Positions 21,322-31,163 of a stretch of 64,000 bases of DNA are shown here, piece after piece. The stretch lies in NCBI GenBank assembly GCA_937967995.1, contig CALBTB010000010.1, positions 25,410 through 89,409 on the forward strand, read 5' to 3'. Both the position numbers and the translations under genes were made by a program. A model generated the notes under the pieces. It did no database searches. It was not told the origin of the DNA and worked only from the letters and a program-made list of their open reading frames with translations. The DNA comes from an uncultured Gammaproteobacteria bacterium. Lineage in GTDB: Bacteria; Pseudomonadota; Gammaproteobacteria; UBA6429; Thiohalophilaceae. Position 1 is the first letter of the stretch. Each line of letters begins with the position of its first letter.

Positions 21322-21403
21322 CGTATTCTCCTTTTAAATAAACCACTTTTTACCAGCCTAATGGTACACTGCCTGACTTCGAATTCAATTCTTATCGCAG
21401 TCC

Positions 21404-21997
21404 ATGAGTCAGCTTGAACTGAAAGCCTTACAGATTCGACATGTTGGTCCGGTCGATCTCACCGTCAGCGGTGGCACAATCACCTGTGTATCGGGTGAGT
21501 CCGGTTCGGGTAAATCCATTTTACTGCGAGCGATTGCCGATATGCTGCCGCATGCAGGCGATGTCTGTCTCGATGAACAATGTGCCAACACGACCAGCCC
21601 GCCACTATGGCGCAGGCAGGTGGGATTGTTGCCCGCTGAAACGGAGTGGTGGTACGAAACGGTCGAGGAACACTTTACCGACAAGGATGACGAACTGCTC
21701 AGTAAAATGGGTTTTGCTGCAAAAACCTGGCACTGGACAGTGTCCGATTGTTCGACCGGTGAGCGGCAGCGGCTGGGAATACTGCGTTGTCTGTCAAATA
21801 AACCGCGTGCGCTATTACTGGATGAACCCACCGCCAGCCTGGATCCGGAAAACATTTCACGTGTTGAGCAACTTATTCTGGAATACGTAAAAAATAATAA
21901 GGTACCGGTTATCTGGGTCAGTCATTCGCGTGAACAGATTCAGCGTATTGCCGGCGTGCATTACAAAATGAAAGATGGCAAGTTGGTGAAGCAATGA
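21404..21997 (+). CDS. ABC transporter ATP-binding protein, FetA/YbbL-like.
   Basis: Walker A GESGSGKSILL, signature STGERQRL, Walker B LLLDEPTASLD, 197 aa. Confidence 0.7.
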   Translation: MSQLELKALQIRHVGPVDLTVSGGTITCVSGESGSGKSILLRAIADMLPHAGDVCLDEQCANTTSPPLWRRQVGLLPAETEWWYETVEEHFTDKDDELLSKMGFAAKTWHWTVSDCSTGERQRLGILRCLSNKPRALLLDEPTASLDPENISRVEQLILEYVKNNKVPVIWVSHSREQIQRIAGVHYKMKDGKLVKQ

Positions 21998-22806
21998 GTG
22001 GTGGCGTGATTCCATTAGGTCTGCTGGACCTGTCGATTGCGGCAACGCTGGTTATTATTCTTGCGATTCTGACCTGGCGTTTGCAGCTGGGCATGAGTCG
22101 CAGTGTCCTGATCGCCGGCTTGCGTACTGTCGTGCAACTGCTTTTACTCGGGCTGCTGCTGGAGTACCTGTTTGCCAGTTCACACCCGTTGCTGATTGGT
22201 TTTCTGGCCCTGGTGATGCTGGTGGTGGCCGGTCGTGAAGTGATGGCCAGGCAACAGCGACCATTCAGTGGTACATGGGGTTATGGACTCGGTACCTTAT
22301 CGATGTTTATTTCCTCGTTCACGATTACCATTTTTGCACTGAACATTATTATTTCGCCGCAACCCTGGTACCTGCCACAGTATGCGATTCCGTTACTGGG
22401 CATGATGCTCGGTAATACCATGACCGGCGTGGCCCTCACGCTGGATAACCTGACGCGTAGTGCCTGGCAACAACGCGACATCATCGAACAACGTTTGATG
22501 CTGGGGCAGGACTGGCGCACGGCGATCTGTGATGTGTCACGCGACAGCCTGCGCACCGGGTTGATTCCGATCATCAATTCCATGGCAGCGGCCGGCATCA
22601 TCAGCATTCCCGGGATGATGACCGGTCAGATCCTGGGTGGCAGTAGTCCGTGGGATGCGGCCAAGTATCAGATACTGATCATGTTTATGATCACGGCCGG
22701 TACCGGATTTGCCGCCGTGCTGGCCAGTTGGCTGGGAACACGGCGACTGTTTGATGAACGACAGCGTTTACGCCTGGATCGTCTGGCACCCAAACGCACA
22801 GACTGA
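21994..22806 (+). CDS. ABC transporter permease, FetB/YbbM-like (UPF0014 family), putative iron exporter.
   Basis: A 270-aa multi-TM protein whose start overlaps the ATPase gene, an arrangement like E. coli fetAB. Confidence 0.65.
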   Translation: MSGGVIPLGLLDLSIAATLVIILAILTWRLQLGMSRSVLIAGLRTVVQLLLLGLLLEYLFASSHPLLIGFLALVMLVVAGREVMARQQRPFSGTWGYGLGTLSMFISSFTITIFALNIIISPQPWYLPQYAIPLLGMMLGNTMTGVALTLDNLTRSAWQQRDIIEQRLMLGQDWRTAICDVSRDSLRTGLIPIINSMAAAGIISIPGMMTGQILGGSSPWDAAKYQILIMFMITAGTGFAAVLASWLGTRRLFDERQRLRLDRLAPKRTD

Positions 22807-22814
22807 TTGCATCG

Positions 22815-23666
22815 TTAGTCCAGTTTTTCCGCCAGCAACGGTGTTTCTTCCATTGCCGCCTTGTGCATGGCGTAATTGTAGTAACGGGTTTTGAACGGCT
22901 TTTCCTTTACTGCCTGTTCCCGAAAGGTTTTCAGGTTACCTTTCTTTGTTGCCATGGTAGCGCTCCACCAGCCGGATGGATAAACCGGTTGTGGAAAATC
23001 CAGTGTATGCACGTCATCAAAACCGGCCTTGCGCATGGCGTCACGCATGGCATTGATCAGTTTGACGTGATACAGCGGTGATTCACTTTGCTGCACCAGG
23101 ATACCTTCCTTACCCAGGGCGCGATGGCACTGCTTGTAAAAGGCCTCATTGAACAGGCCTTCCGCAGGGCCAATCGGATCGGTGCTATCGACGATGATCA
23201 CATCGTAGTGATCCGACTCGGCATCCCTGACCCACTTGATGCCATCAACGAAATGCAGTTCCGCGCGTGGATCGCCGTTGGAACTGCACAGGTCCGGAAA
23301 GTATTTTTCAGCCAGACGGGTGACGCGCTCGTCGATTTCGACCTGCTGTGCGGATTTGACTTCCGGGTGCTTGAGCACTTCCTTGAGCGTGCCGCAGTCA
23401 CCGCCACCGATGACCAGCACATTATCCGGAGCTGGATGCGTGAACAGTGCCGGGTGCGTCATCATTTCGTGATACAGGAAGTTATCGCGGTCGCTGAGCA
23501 TGATGAACCCGTCGATCACCATCAGCGTCCCGTACTTGCTGGTTTCGTAAATTTCGATTTTCTGAAACTCGCTGGTTTCTTCGTGCAGTTTCTCGGTAAC
23601 CTTGAGCGAGAATGAGGAACCGCATTCTTCGCAAACCTCGGTAAACCAGCTGTCATCTAGTGCCAT
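22815..23666 (-). CDS. speE: Spermidine synthase (polyamine aminopropyltransferase).
   Basis: VLVIGGGDCGTLKEV...IIVDSTDPIGPAEGLF. Confidence 0.9.
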   Translation of the reverse strand: MALDDSWFTEVCEECGSSFSLKVTEKLHEETSEFQKIEIYETSKYGTLMVIDGFIMLSDRDNFLYHEMMTHPALFTHPAPDNVLVIGGGDCGTLKEVLKHPEVKSAQQVEIDERVTRLAEKYFPDLCSSNGDPRAELHFVDGIKWVRDAESDHYDVIIVDSTDPIGPAEGLFNEAFYKQCHRALGKEGILVQQSESPLYHVKLINAMRDAMRKAGFDDVHTLDFPQPVYPSGWWSATMATKKGNLKTFREQAVKEKPFKTRYYNYAMHKAAMEETPLLAEKLD

Positions 23667-23760
23667 GAATATCTCTCCGCAGTAAAAAAGCTATACGATT
23701 AAAGTCGAATTCTTTATATTGTCCATCCTCAGTCATGGCATATGCAAGAGAAGATTGACG

Positions 23761-25653
23761 ATGGCAAACTGGACCATAGATGACGCAAGGCGTATCTATA
23801 ATATCGCTCACTGGAGCGGTGGCTATTATGATGTGAATGAGCATGGGCATATCTGTGTCCGACCCTATCGCGACCAGCCACTCAGCCTGGATATCATGCA
23901 GGTCATCGAGCAGGCCAGTGCAGACCTGACCCTGCCGTTGTTACTGCGATTCAGTCAGATACTCAAGGACCGCGTCAATCACCTGTGTCAGGCATTCGGT
24001 CGGGCCATGCAGCAGGACGACTACCAGGGACAGTACACCGCGGTCTATCCCATCAAGGTCAACCAGCAGCGCAGCGTCGTAGAGCAGATCAATGATCAGC
24101 AGCATGATCAGGTCGGGCTGGAAGCAGGCAGCAAACCGGAGCTGATGGCGGTGATGGCACTGAGCCGGCCCGGTGGTGTCATTGTCTGTAACGGTTACAA
24201 GGACCGGGAATATATTCGCCTGGCCCTGATTGGCATTGTGCTCGGCCATCGCGTCTATATCGTTATCGAAAAACTCTCCGAACTGAAGCTGGTCATCGAA
24301 GAGTCACGCCAGCTAAACATCAAACCGTTACTGGGTGTGCGCGTCAAACTGGCATCGATCGGCGCCGGTAAATGGCAGAACACCGGTGGTGAGAAATCCA
24401 AATTCGGACTGACAGCTGCGCAAATTCTGCAGTGCATCGAATATTTACAGCAGGCCGGCATGATCGATTCATTGTCCATGCTACATTTTCATCTTGGTTC
24501 GCAACTGGCCAATATTCGTGACATTCAGCGCGGCATGCGTGAATGTGCGCGATATTATGCTGAGCTGCGCCAGCTCGGGGTGGATGTCAATTGCATTGAT
24601 GTGGGTGGAGGCCTGGGCATCGATTACGAAGGCACACGCTCGCGCAGCTTCTGTTCGATGAATTATTCCATCGACGAGTATGCGCATAATGTCGTGCACG
24701 CCTTGTGGGAAATTTGCGAAGAACAGGATTTACCGCATCCGGATATTTTCAGTGAATCCGGGCGGGCGCTGACGGCACATCATGCCGTACTGGTCACCAA
24801 TGTTATCGACACCACGCAGGTAAATGAAACGGGCAACCAGCCACCGCCACAGGATGATGACCCCATTATCCTGCACGACATGTGGCAGCGTTATAACGAG
24901 TTACAGCAGTCGCAGACTAACAGCGCCATTGTTGAAATTTATCATGATATTCATCATGGCCTGTCGGAAGCACAGACCATGTACACGCATGGCGTATTAA
25001 CCCTGTCACAGCGTGCACAGGTGGAGCAACTATACTTCGCCTGTTGTCAGCGCCTGCGTGAGCTGATTGATCCGGCCTCGCGCCAGCACCGTGAAATCCT
25101 GGACGAGCTGAATGACAAGCTGGCCGACAAATACTTCTGTAATTTTTCATTATTCCAGTCGTTGCCCGATGTGTGGGCTATCGATCAGATATTTCCCGTG
25201 CTGCCTATTCATCGTCTCAATGAACAACCGACACGCCGTGCCGTGATCGAGGACATCACCTGTGATTCCGATGGCCGTATCGACCACTATGTGGACAATG
25301 AAGGGATTGAAAGCAGTTTGCCGTTGCATACATTCAAACCGGGCGAGCCCTATATATTAGGTATGTTCCTGGTCGGCGCATATCAGGAGATTCTGGGTGA
25401 CATGCACAACCTGTTTGGTGATACGGATTCGGTCGACGTGGAGCTGACACCGGATAGCGGCTTTAAACTGAACCACGCCATACAGGGTGACACGGTCGAC
25501 TCTGTTCTGCGCTACGTGAATTTTGATTCAGCGGATTTACTGGAACGTTATCGTGCCAAATTTGATGTTTCTATAAAGGATAAAAACCTGCGCCAGCAAT
25601 TACTTACCGAAATCGAAAATGGCCTGCACGGTTATACGTATCTGGAGGAATAA
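23761..25653 (+). CDS. speA: Biosynthetic arginine decarboxylase.
   Basis: About 630 aa, MANWTIDDARRIYNIAHW..., an Orn/DAP/Arg decarboxylase fold. Confidence 0.92.
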   Translation: MANWTIDDARRIYNIAHWSGGYYDVNEHGHICVRPYRDQPLSLDIMQVIEQASADLTLPLLLRFSQILKDRVNHLCQAFGRAMQQDDYQGQYTAVYPIKVNQQRSVVEQINDQQHDQVGLEAGSKPELMAVMALSRPGGVIVCNGYKDREYIRLALIGIVLGHRVYIVIEKLSELKLVIEESRQLNIKPLLGVRVKLASIGAGKWQNTGGEKSKFGLTAAQILQCIEYLQQAGMIDSLSMLHFHLGSQLANIRDIQRGMRECARYYAELRQLGVDVNCIDVGGGLGIDYEGTRSRSFCSMNYSIDEYAHNVVHALWEICEEQDLPHPDIFSESGRALTAHHAVLVTNVIDTTQVNETGNQPPPQDDDPIILHDMWQRYNELQQSQTNSAIVEIYHDIHHGLSEAQTMYTHGVLTLSQRAQVEQLYFACCQRLRELIDPASRQHREILDELNDKLADKYFCNFSLFQSLPDVWAIDQIFPVLPIHRLNEQPTRRAVIEDITCDSDGRIDHYVDNEGIESSLPLHTFKPGEPYILGMFLVGAYQEILGDMHNLFGDTDSVDVELTPDSGFKLNHAIQGDTVDSVLRYVNFDSADLLERYRAKFDVSIKDKNLRQQLLTEIENGLHGYTYLEE

Positions 25654-25656
25654 GTT

Positions 25657-25932
25657 ATGAGTGAAATCATCGTTGTCAATTCACCCTCACAGGACCAGCT
25701 CAACGCGCTGGATGTCTATAACTGGCCAATCTGGACCAAAGAGGCATCAACGTTTCCCTGGACCTACGACGATACGGAAACCTGCCTGTTTCTGGAAGGT
25801 GAAGTCATTGTAACCCCAAAGGGTGGTGAGCCGGTGAAAATGGGCAAGGGGGATCTGGTGACGTTTCCGAAGGGTATGTCGTGTACCTGGGAAATCAGGC
25901 AGGATGTGCGTAAGCATTACAAGTTCGGATAA
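25657..25932 (+). CDS. Small cupin-domain protein (Cupin_3/DUF861-like), translationally coupled to speA.
   Basis: 91 aa with GEVIVTPKGGEPVKMGKGDLVTFPKGMSCTWE beta-strands. It starts 4 nt after the speA stop. Confidence 0.6.
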   Translation: MSEIIVVNSPSQDQLNALDVYNWPIWTKEASTFPWTYDDTETCLFLEGEVIVTPKGGEPVKMGKGDLVTFPKGMSCTWEIRQDVRKHYKFG

Positions 25933-25954
25933 AGTTTCACTCAGGTGTTTAATC

Positions 25955-26232
25955 AAGACAGTATCATTACTTCCGCTTAATTCCGCTCGGCGTCCTTGCC
26001 TCGCGGAAATCGGTTCCGGGCGGCTTTGTCCGTCCATGGACCGCCGCCCTTCAACGACGCTTCAGTAATGATACTGTCAGATGGTATAAGCAATCGGCAT
26101 TGTTAAAGAACATAATACTTTGTGAAGCGTCGTTAATGACGCACGGGCCAAGGATGGCTAAAGTGCGTCATTACCGATGCGCAGCTGTCAGGGAAGACAG
26201 CTGCGCTTAAGCGGAACAAAGTATTATGTTTT
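25955..26232. repeat. Block of nested and interleaved perfect inverted repeats (10-15 bp arms), MITE/REP-like or a structured RNA, in a convergent intergenic region.
   Basis: Pairs gacagtatcattact/agtaatgatactgtc, aacataatactttgt/acaaagtattatgtt, caacgacgcttc/gaagcgtcgtt, taatgacgcac/gtgcgtcatta and ttccgcttaa/ttaagcggaa, plus the hairpin gcgcagctgtc-N6-gacagctgcgc. Confidence 0.7.
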
Positions 26233-26312
26233 ATTAATCGTGCATAACTGCATCAAGTTCGTGAGTGGAAGCCGAGCGAGATTAAGTGGAAGCAATAATA
26301 TTTGTTTTCAAT

Positions 26313-27005
26313 TTACCGCCGTAAAATAGCAATCCACCTTGCCAGGTTTAACAGACTCGCCAGTGATGCCGCGACATACGTCAAAGCGGCGGCGCGCAGA
26401 ATCTTACGCGCGGCCGGACGATCTTTCTCGTCAATGTAATTGCCTTTGAACAGAATCGGCAACGCCTTGTTAAAACTGGCATCCAGCTCAACCGGTAACG
26501 TGGCGAGGTGCACAATAGTTGAAATCCCCATGGTGGCAAGGCCCGCGACAAAGAACAGAATACTGATCACCGGGCTGCGCGTGATAAGAGCGGCAAACGG
26601 TAAAATCACGAGTATGCCGGCGCCGACCTGCTGCACGACATTGGCAATGCCAACCAGCCTGCCGCGCAAATTATGCATGCGATCATTCTGGTGGTCCTGA
26701 ATGGCATGGCCGACTTCATGTGCCGCAACAGTAATCGCAGTCAGGGATTTGTCGCTGTAATTCTTCGGACTAAGCCGTACCGCTTTATCACGCGGATCAT
26801 AATGGTCACCGTTTTCTTCGGTTTCCTCCACCTTGACGTGTGACATGTTGAATTTTTCCAGCAGGTGGCGTGCAAGCTGAGCACCGTTACCCGGAATATC
26901 GTCACGCGGTTTGCTGTAACGTTTAAAGGTACGTTGTGCCCAGTAGTTCGGCCCAAACAGCAGGAGTAACAGCAGGACAACGAGGAGAATTATCAGAACA
27001 GCCAT
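26313..27005 (-). CDS. Membrane zinc metallopeptidase (Zn_peptidase_2-type, HExxH).
   Basis: An N-terminal TM segment and the motif AAHEVGHAIQD, 230 aa. Confidence 0.7.
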   Translation of the reverse strand: MAVLIILLVVLLLLLLFGPNYWAQRTFKRYSKPRDDIPGNGAQLARHLLEKFNMSHVKVEETEENGDHYDPRDKAVRLSPKNYSDKSLTAITVAAHEVGHAIQDHQNDRMHNLRGRLVGIANVVQQVGAGILVILPFAALITRSPVISILFFVAGLATMGISTIVHLATLPVELDASFNKALPILFKGNYIDEKDRPAARKILRAAALTYVAASLASLLNLARWIAILRR

Positions 27006-27021
27006 AGTGCTGCCTTACCGA

Positions 27022-27636
27022 TCAACTCTTGGATTTGACCACGATGGAAGAGATACCGTTTTCCATCAGGCGTTTGCGGGTCTGGTTGAGTTTGCTCATG
27101 GTGTGAATGGGACCGATGCGTACCCGGTGCCAGGTGTCGCTGTTAATGTTGACGGTCTGTATATTGGCATCAATGCCCTGTAAAGCCAGTTTGGCCTTGA
27201 GCTGGTCGGCCTGTTCCAGTTGCCGAAAAGAACCGGCCTGCAGAATATATTCCACTTTCTGATCCGGTTGCGAGGATTCCTGCCGGCTTTGTGCCGCCAG
27301 TTCCTGTTCCGGTACCGCGACTTCCAGTTCCGGCAGAATATAGTAGAAGTCAAAACTGGGTTTGGGTTTTTCAGTACTGATTTGTTTGCTTGTGTCCTTG
27401 GGCTGCGGCGGGGTCTCGAGTTGTTGCTTTTTAACTTCACGCACGTCCTGAATCGACTCCTTGATGACCCGTGCCAGGGCATTTTTCTGTGACGCGGTCT
27501 GGTTGTTGTTCAGGTAAACCAGAAAAGCCACAAACAGGCCGATGGTCAGACCACCCAGCATCCACACCCAGCCGGCGACCTGACCGGGTTTTTTCTTCTT
27601 GCGTGTACTTTTTGCATAATCTCTTGGCATGGGCAT
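27022..27636 (-). CDS. SPOR-domain protein (cell-division/peptidoglycan-binding, DedD-like).
   Basis: A Lys-rich N-terminus, one TM segment and a C-terminal SPOR domain (YILQAGSFRQLEQADQLKAKLALQG). I trimmed the start to MPMPRD so it does not overlap argS. Confidence 0.7.
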   Translation of the reverse strand: MPMPRDYAKSTRKKKKPGQVAGWVWMLGGLTIGLFVAFLVYLNNNQTASQKNALARVIKESIQDVREVKKQQLETPPQPKDTSKQISTEKPKPSFDFYYILPELEVAVPEQELAAQSRQESSQPDQKVEYILQAGSFRQLEQADQLKAKLALQGIDANIQTVNINSDTWHRVRIGPIHTMSKLNQTRKRLMENGISSIVVKSKS

Positions 27637-27716
27637 AGAGTACCGTAATTTTTTGCCCTTGTCCCCGACAGGTGCGACACGGATAATACGCCTCCTTTGC
27701 GTTACACTAGGCGACC

Positions 27717-29474
27717 ATGAAAGAGCAATTAACCGACATCCTGCAGCAATGTATTCAGGCCCTCCAGTCTGAAGGCCACCTGCCAGCTGATATTTCACCC
27801 CAGATCAAACTGGATCGCACTCGCGACAAGCAGCATGGGGATTTTGCCACGAACCTGGCGATGGTCCTGGCCAAACCAGCAGGCAAAAAACCGCGTGAAC
27901 TGGCTGATCTGATTGTGGCGCATCTGCCGGCCAGTGATGTGGTGGAAAACGTGGAGATTGCCGGGCCGGGTTTTATCAATTTCTACCTCAAAGCGGCGGC
28001 GCAATTCGAGGTGGTCTCACAGGTGCTTGAACAGGGCAATGTGTTTGGCCGTCATCAGTTGGGTAACGGTCGGCGTGTGCAGGTTGAATATGTATCCGCC
28101 AATCCTACCGGTCCACTGCATGTGGGTCATGGGCGCGGTGCCGCTTATGGTGCGGTAGTGGCCAACCTGCTGGAAGCCATTGGCTATCAGGTACACCGTG
28201 AATATTACGTCAATGACGCCGGTCGACAGATGGGTATTCTCGCCGCCAGTGTCTGGTTACGTTACCTGGAGTTATGTGGCGAGACGTTTCCGTTCCCGGT
28301 CAATGGCTACAAGGGTGACTATGTCCTCGATATTGCAGCGACACTACATCGTGAAAATGGCGACCGAATGTTTCATGCCTGGTCCGAAGTCAGCAAGGGA
28401 TTACCGGCCGACGCTCCCGAGGGTGACAAGGAAGAATATATCGATGCGGTGATCGAACGCATGAAAACGTTGCTGCATCCGGATCAACACCGGTTGGTGT
28501 TTGATCTCGGGCTCAATTACATTCTGGATGATATTCGTGACGATCTGGCGCACTTTGGTGTGGTGTATGACGAATGGTATTCGGAACAGTCACTGGTTGA
28601 TAACGGTGCCGTGATGCGCGCCATTGAGCGATTACAGAAAAGCGATCACACCTACGAGAAGGACGGTGCTATCTGGTTTAAATCTTCCGCCTTTGGTGAT
28701 GAAAAGGATCGGGTACTGGTGCGCGACAATGGTGTCACGACTTACTTTGCCTCAGACGTGGCGTATCACATGGATAAACTGGAACGTGGTTTTGATCGTG
28801 TGATTGATATCTGGGGTGCGGATCATCACGGTTATGTGCCACGTATCAAGGCTGCATTACAGGCATTAGGTGATGATCCATCGAAACTGGATGTATTGCT
28901 TGTGCAGTTTGCGATTCTTTATCGCGGTGGTGAAAAAGTACAGATGTCGACGCGCTCCGGTGAGTTTGTGACCCTGCGTCAGTTGCGCAAGGAAGTAGGG
29001 TCCGATGCGGCGCGTTTTTTCTATGTGATGCGCAAGTGTGAGCAGCACCTGGATTTTGATCTGGACCTGGCCAAGTCACAAAGCAATGATAATCCTATGT
29101 ATTACATTCAGTATGCCCATGCCCGGGTCTGCAGCGTGTTTCGCCAGTTAAATGAAAAAGGGTTTTCGTTTGATCAACAAAACGGTCAGTCCAACCTGGA
29201 CAAACTGACGGAATCCCATGAAGCGGATGTGTTAACCCGTCTGTCGCGCTATCCGGATGTGATTAGCAACGCAGGTCAGAATCATGAACCGCACCAACTC
29301 GTGCATTACCTGCGTGAACTCGCGCAGGACTTTCATACCTATTACAACGCGCACCAGTTTATTGTTGATGACGCGGCCCTGCGTGACGCACGTCTGTGTC
29401 TGATTACGGCGGTGCAGACTGTGATTGCCAACGGCCTGGCATTACTCGGCGTCAGTGCGCCGGAGAGTATGTAA
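27717..29474 (+). CDS. argS: Arginine--tRNA ligase.
   Basis: HVGHGRGA (the HIGH motif) and MSTRSG (the KMSKS-like motif), 585 aa. Confidence 0.97.
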   Translation: MKEQLTDILQQCIQALQSEGHLPADISPQIKLDRTRDKQHGDFATNLAMVLAKPAGKKPRELADLIVAHLPASDVVENVEIAGPGFINFYLKAAAQFEVVSQVLEQGNVFGRHQLGNGRRVQVEYVSANPTGPLHVGHGRGAAYGAVVANLLEAIGYQVHREYYVNDAGRQMGILAASVWLRYLELCGETFPFPVNGYKGDYVLDIAATLHRENGDRMFHAWSEVSKGLPADAPEGDKEEYIDAVIERMKTLLHPDQHRLVFDLGLNYILDDIRDDLAHFGVVYDEWYSEQSLVDNGAVMRAIERLQKSDHTYEKDGAIWFKSSAFGDEKDRVLVRDNGVTTYFASDVAYHMDKLERGFDRVIDIWGADHHGYVPRIKAALQALGDDPSKLDVLLVQFAILYRGGEKVQMSTRSGEFVTLRQLRKEVGSDAARFFYVMRKCEQHLDFDLDLAKSQSNDNPMYYIQYAHARVCSVFRQLNEKGFSFDQQNGQSNLDKLTESHEADVLTRLSRYPDVISNAGQNHEPHQLVHYLRELAQDFHTYYNAHQFIVDDAALRDARLCLITAVQTVIANGLALLGVSAPESM

Positions 29475-29482
29475 ATAAAATT

Positions 29483-30229
29483 TCACTCCGGTTCACTGAT
29501 CGGCTTGCGCAGTTTTAACGGCTCACGATTGCGCCGCATGCGAATGTTAAGCATTTCCACGACGACGGAGAAGGCCATTGCAAAATAGATGTAGCCTTTG
29601 GGCACATGAACATCGAAGCCTTCCACCATTAAGGTCACACCCACCAGAATTAAAAACGATAACGCCAGGATTTTGATTGTCGGGTGTTCGTCAACAAACT
29701 TGCCAATCGATTCTGCTGCAACCAGCATCACCAGGACGGCGGTAACAATCGCGATTGCCATCAGCGAGATTTGATCAACCAAACCGACCGCGGTAATCAC
29801 CGAGTCGAGTGAAAAGACCAGATCCAGGATCGCTATCTGTAACAGGACCATGCCCAGGCTGGCGGTGACAGTTGTTTTGCTTGTGTCTTCGACACCTTCC
29901 AGGCTGTTGTGAATTTCATGCGTGGCCTTGGCCAACAGGAACAAACCACCGCCGATAAGAATCACATCGCGACCGGAAATGTCATTGGAAAAAACAGTGA
30001 ACCAGGTTTCTTTCAGTCCCATCACCCAGGAGATGGAGAACAGCAATACCAACCGGGCAAGCATGGCCAGGCTCAGGCCAAGTCGTCGTGCAAAGGCGCG
30101 TTGTTTCTCCGGTAGTCGACCAACCAGGATCGAAATAAAAATAATATTATCGATACCCAGCACGATTTCCAGTGCGGTCAGTGTTCCCAGTGCGACCCAT
30201 GCTTCGGGGCTTGCCAGCCAGTCAAACAT
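29483..30229 (-). CDS. TerC family integral membrane protein.
   Basis: LEIVLGIDNIIFISIL...; 248 aa. Confidence 0.8.
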   Translation of the reverse strand: MFDWLASPEAWVALGTLTALEIVLGIDNIIFISILVGRLPEKQRAFARRLGLSLAMLARLVLLFSISWVMGLKETWFTVFSNDISGRDVILIGGGLFLLAKATHEIHNSLEGVEDTSKTTVTASLGMVLLQIAILDLVFSLDSVITAVGLVDQISLMAIAIVTAVLVMLVAAESIGKFVDEHPTIKILALSFLILVGVTLMVEGFDVHVPKGYIYFAMAFSVVVEMLNIRMRRNREPLKLRKPISEPE

Positions 30230-30283
30230 GTCATTCTCCCGTTATCGGATTTCAGGAAATTATATCGGGAAGACTATTTATTA

Positions 30284-31111
30284 TCACGAGTATCTGGCCG
30301 ACTCCCAGGCATGGATGGCATGCATGCGTGTTTCTCCCCAGTAATAACCTCCCAGTTGTCCATCCTGTCTGATCACCCGGTGGCAGGGAATCAGGAAGGC
30401 AATGGGATTGGCACCAATGGCGGTACCCACCGCGCGCGCCGAACGGGGCCGGCCAAGCTGGCTGGCCAGATGGGAGTACGTCGTAATCGAGGCGGGTGGT
30501 ATTCGTAGTAAGGCTTTCCATACACTGAGTTGAAAATTTGTGCCGGAGACGAGCAGTGATAAGGGACGGTCCGGTGTTTGCTTTAGCGTAAAGATGGACT
30601 CAATGTATTGATGTGTTTGCTGTTTGTTTTCAGTTAACGTGGCCTGTGGCCAGTCAAATCGAAGTTTATCGAGCTCCTGTTGTTTCGATACCGGATCCAG
30701 AAAAGATAATCGACAGATACCACGCTCAGTCGTCGCGATAAAGGCGTCGCCAAATGGCGTGGCGTGTACGGCAAAGTAAATCGTCAGACCACGACCTTTT
30801 GATTTGTACTCACCGGGTGTAATGGCTTCGAGGGTAATAAAATGATCATGTAATCGTGATGTGCTGCTCAGGCCGAGGTTATTGGAAACGTCGAGCAGCG
30901 GCTGGTTTTGGGTTAACAGTTTTTTGGCATTTTCGACGGTTAAAATCTGTAAAAACCGCTTCGGTGTTGTGCCGGTCCAGCGACTAAACAGGCGCTGAAA
31001 GTGAAAAGGGCTAAGGTTAATATGCGCCGCTATGTCTCGCAGCTCCGGTTGATGCGTAGCGTGATGGGCGATATACCGAATCGCCTGTGCAATGCGATCA
31101 TAATCTGACAT
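30284..31111 (-). CDS. AraC-type HTH fused to methylated-DNA--protein-cysteine methyltransferase (Ada/Ogt-like).
   Basis: The N-terminal AraC HTH (PFHFQRLFSRWTGTTPKRF) and the C-terminal MGMT active site IPCHRV. Confidence 0.85.
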   Translation of the reverse strand: MSDYDRIAQAIRYIAHHATHQPELRDIAAHINLSPFHFQRLFSRWTGTTPKRFLQILTVENAKKLLTQNQPLLDVSNNLGLSSTSRLHDHFITLEAITPGEYKSKGRGLTIYFAVHATPFGDAFIATTERGICRLSFLDPVSKQQELDKLRFDWPQATLTENKQQTHQYIESIFTLKQTPDRPLSLLVSGTNFQLSVWKALLRIPPASITTYSHLASQLGRPRSARAVGTAIGANPIAFLIPCHRVIRQDGQLGGYYWGETRMHAIHAWESARYS

Positions 31112-31163
31112 GCATGCATGTTATCAGGGCCAGCCCTGCACAGGCGATCCGAATCTTGCTGAG

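Noticed and set aside
25747-26037. 96-aa minus-strand ORF overlapping the cupin gene and the inverted-repeat block.
   Set aside because: It overlaps a well-supported gene and reads through the palindromic repeats. Its Arg/Pro-rich translation is typical of GC-rich repeats.
27637-27798. Extended start of the SPOR gene overlapping argS by about 80 bp.
   Set aside because: The internal ATG at 27636 yields a typical Lys-rich cytoplasmic N-terminus plus a TM segment and removes the overlap.
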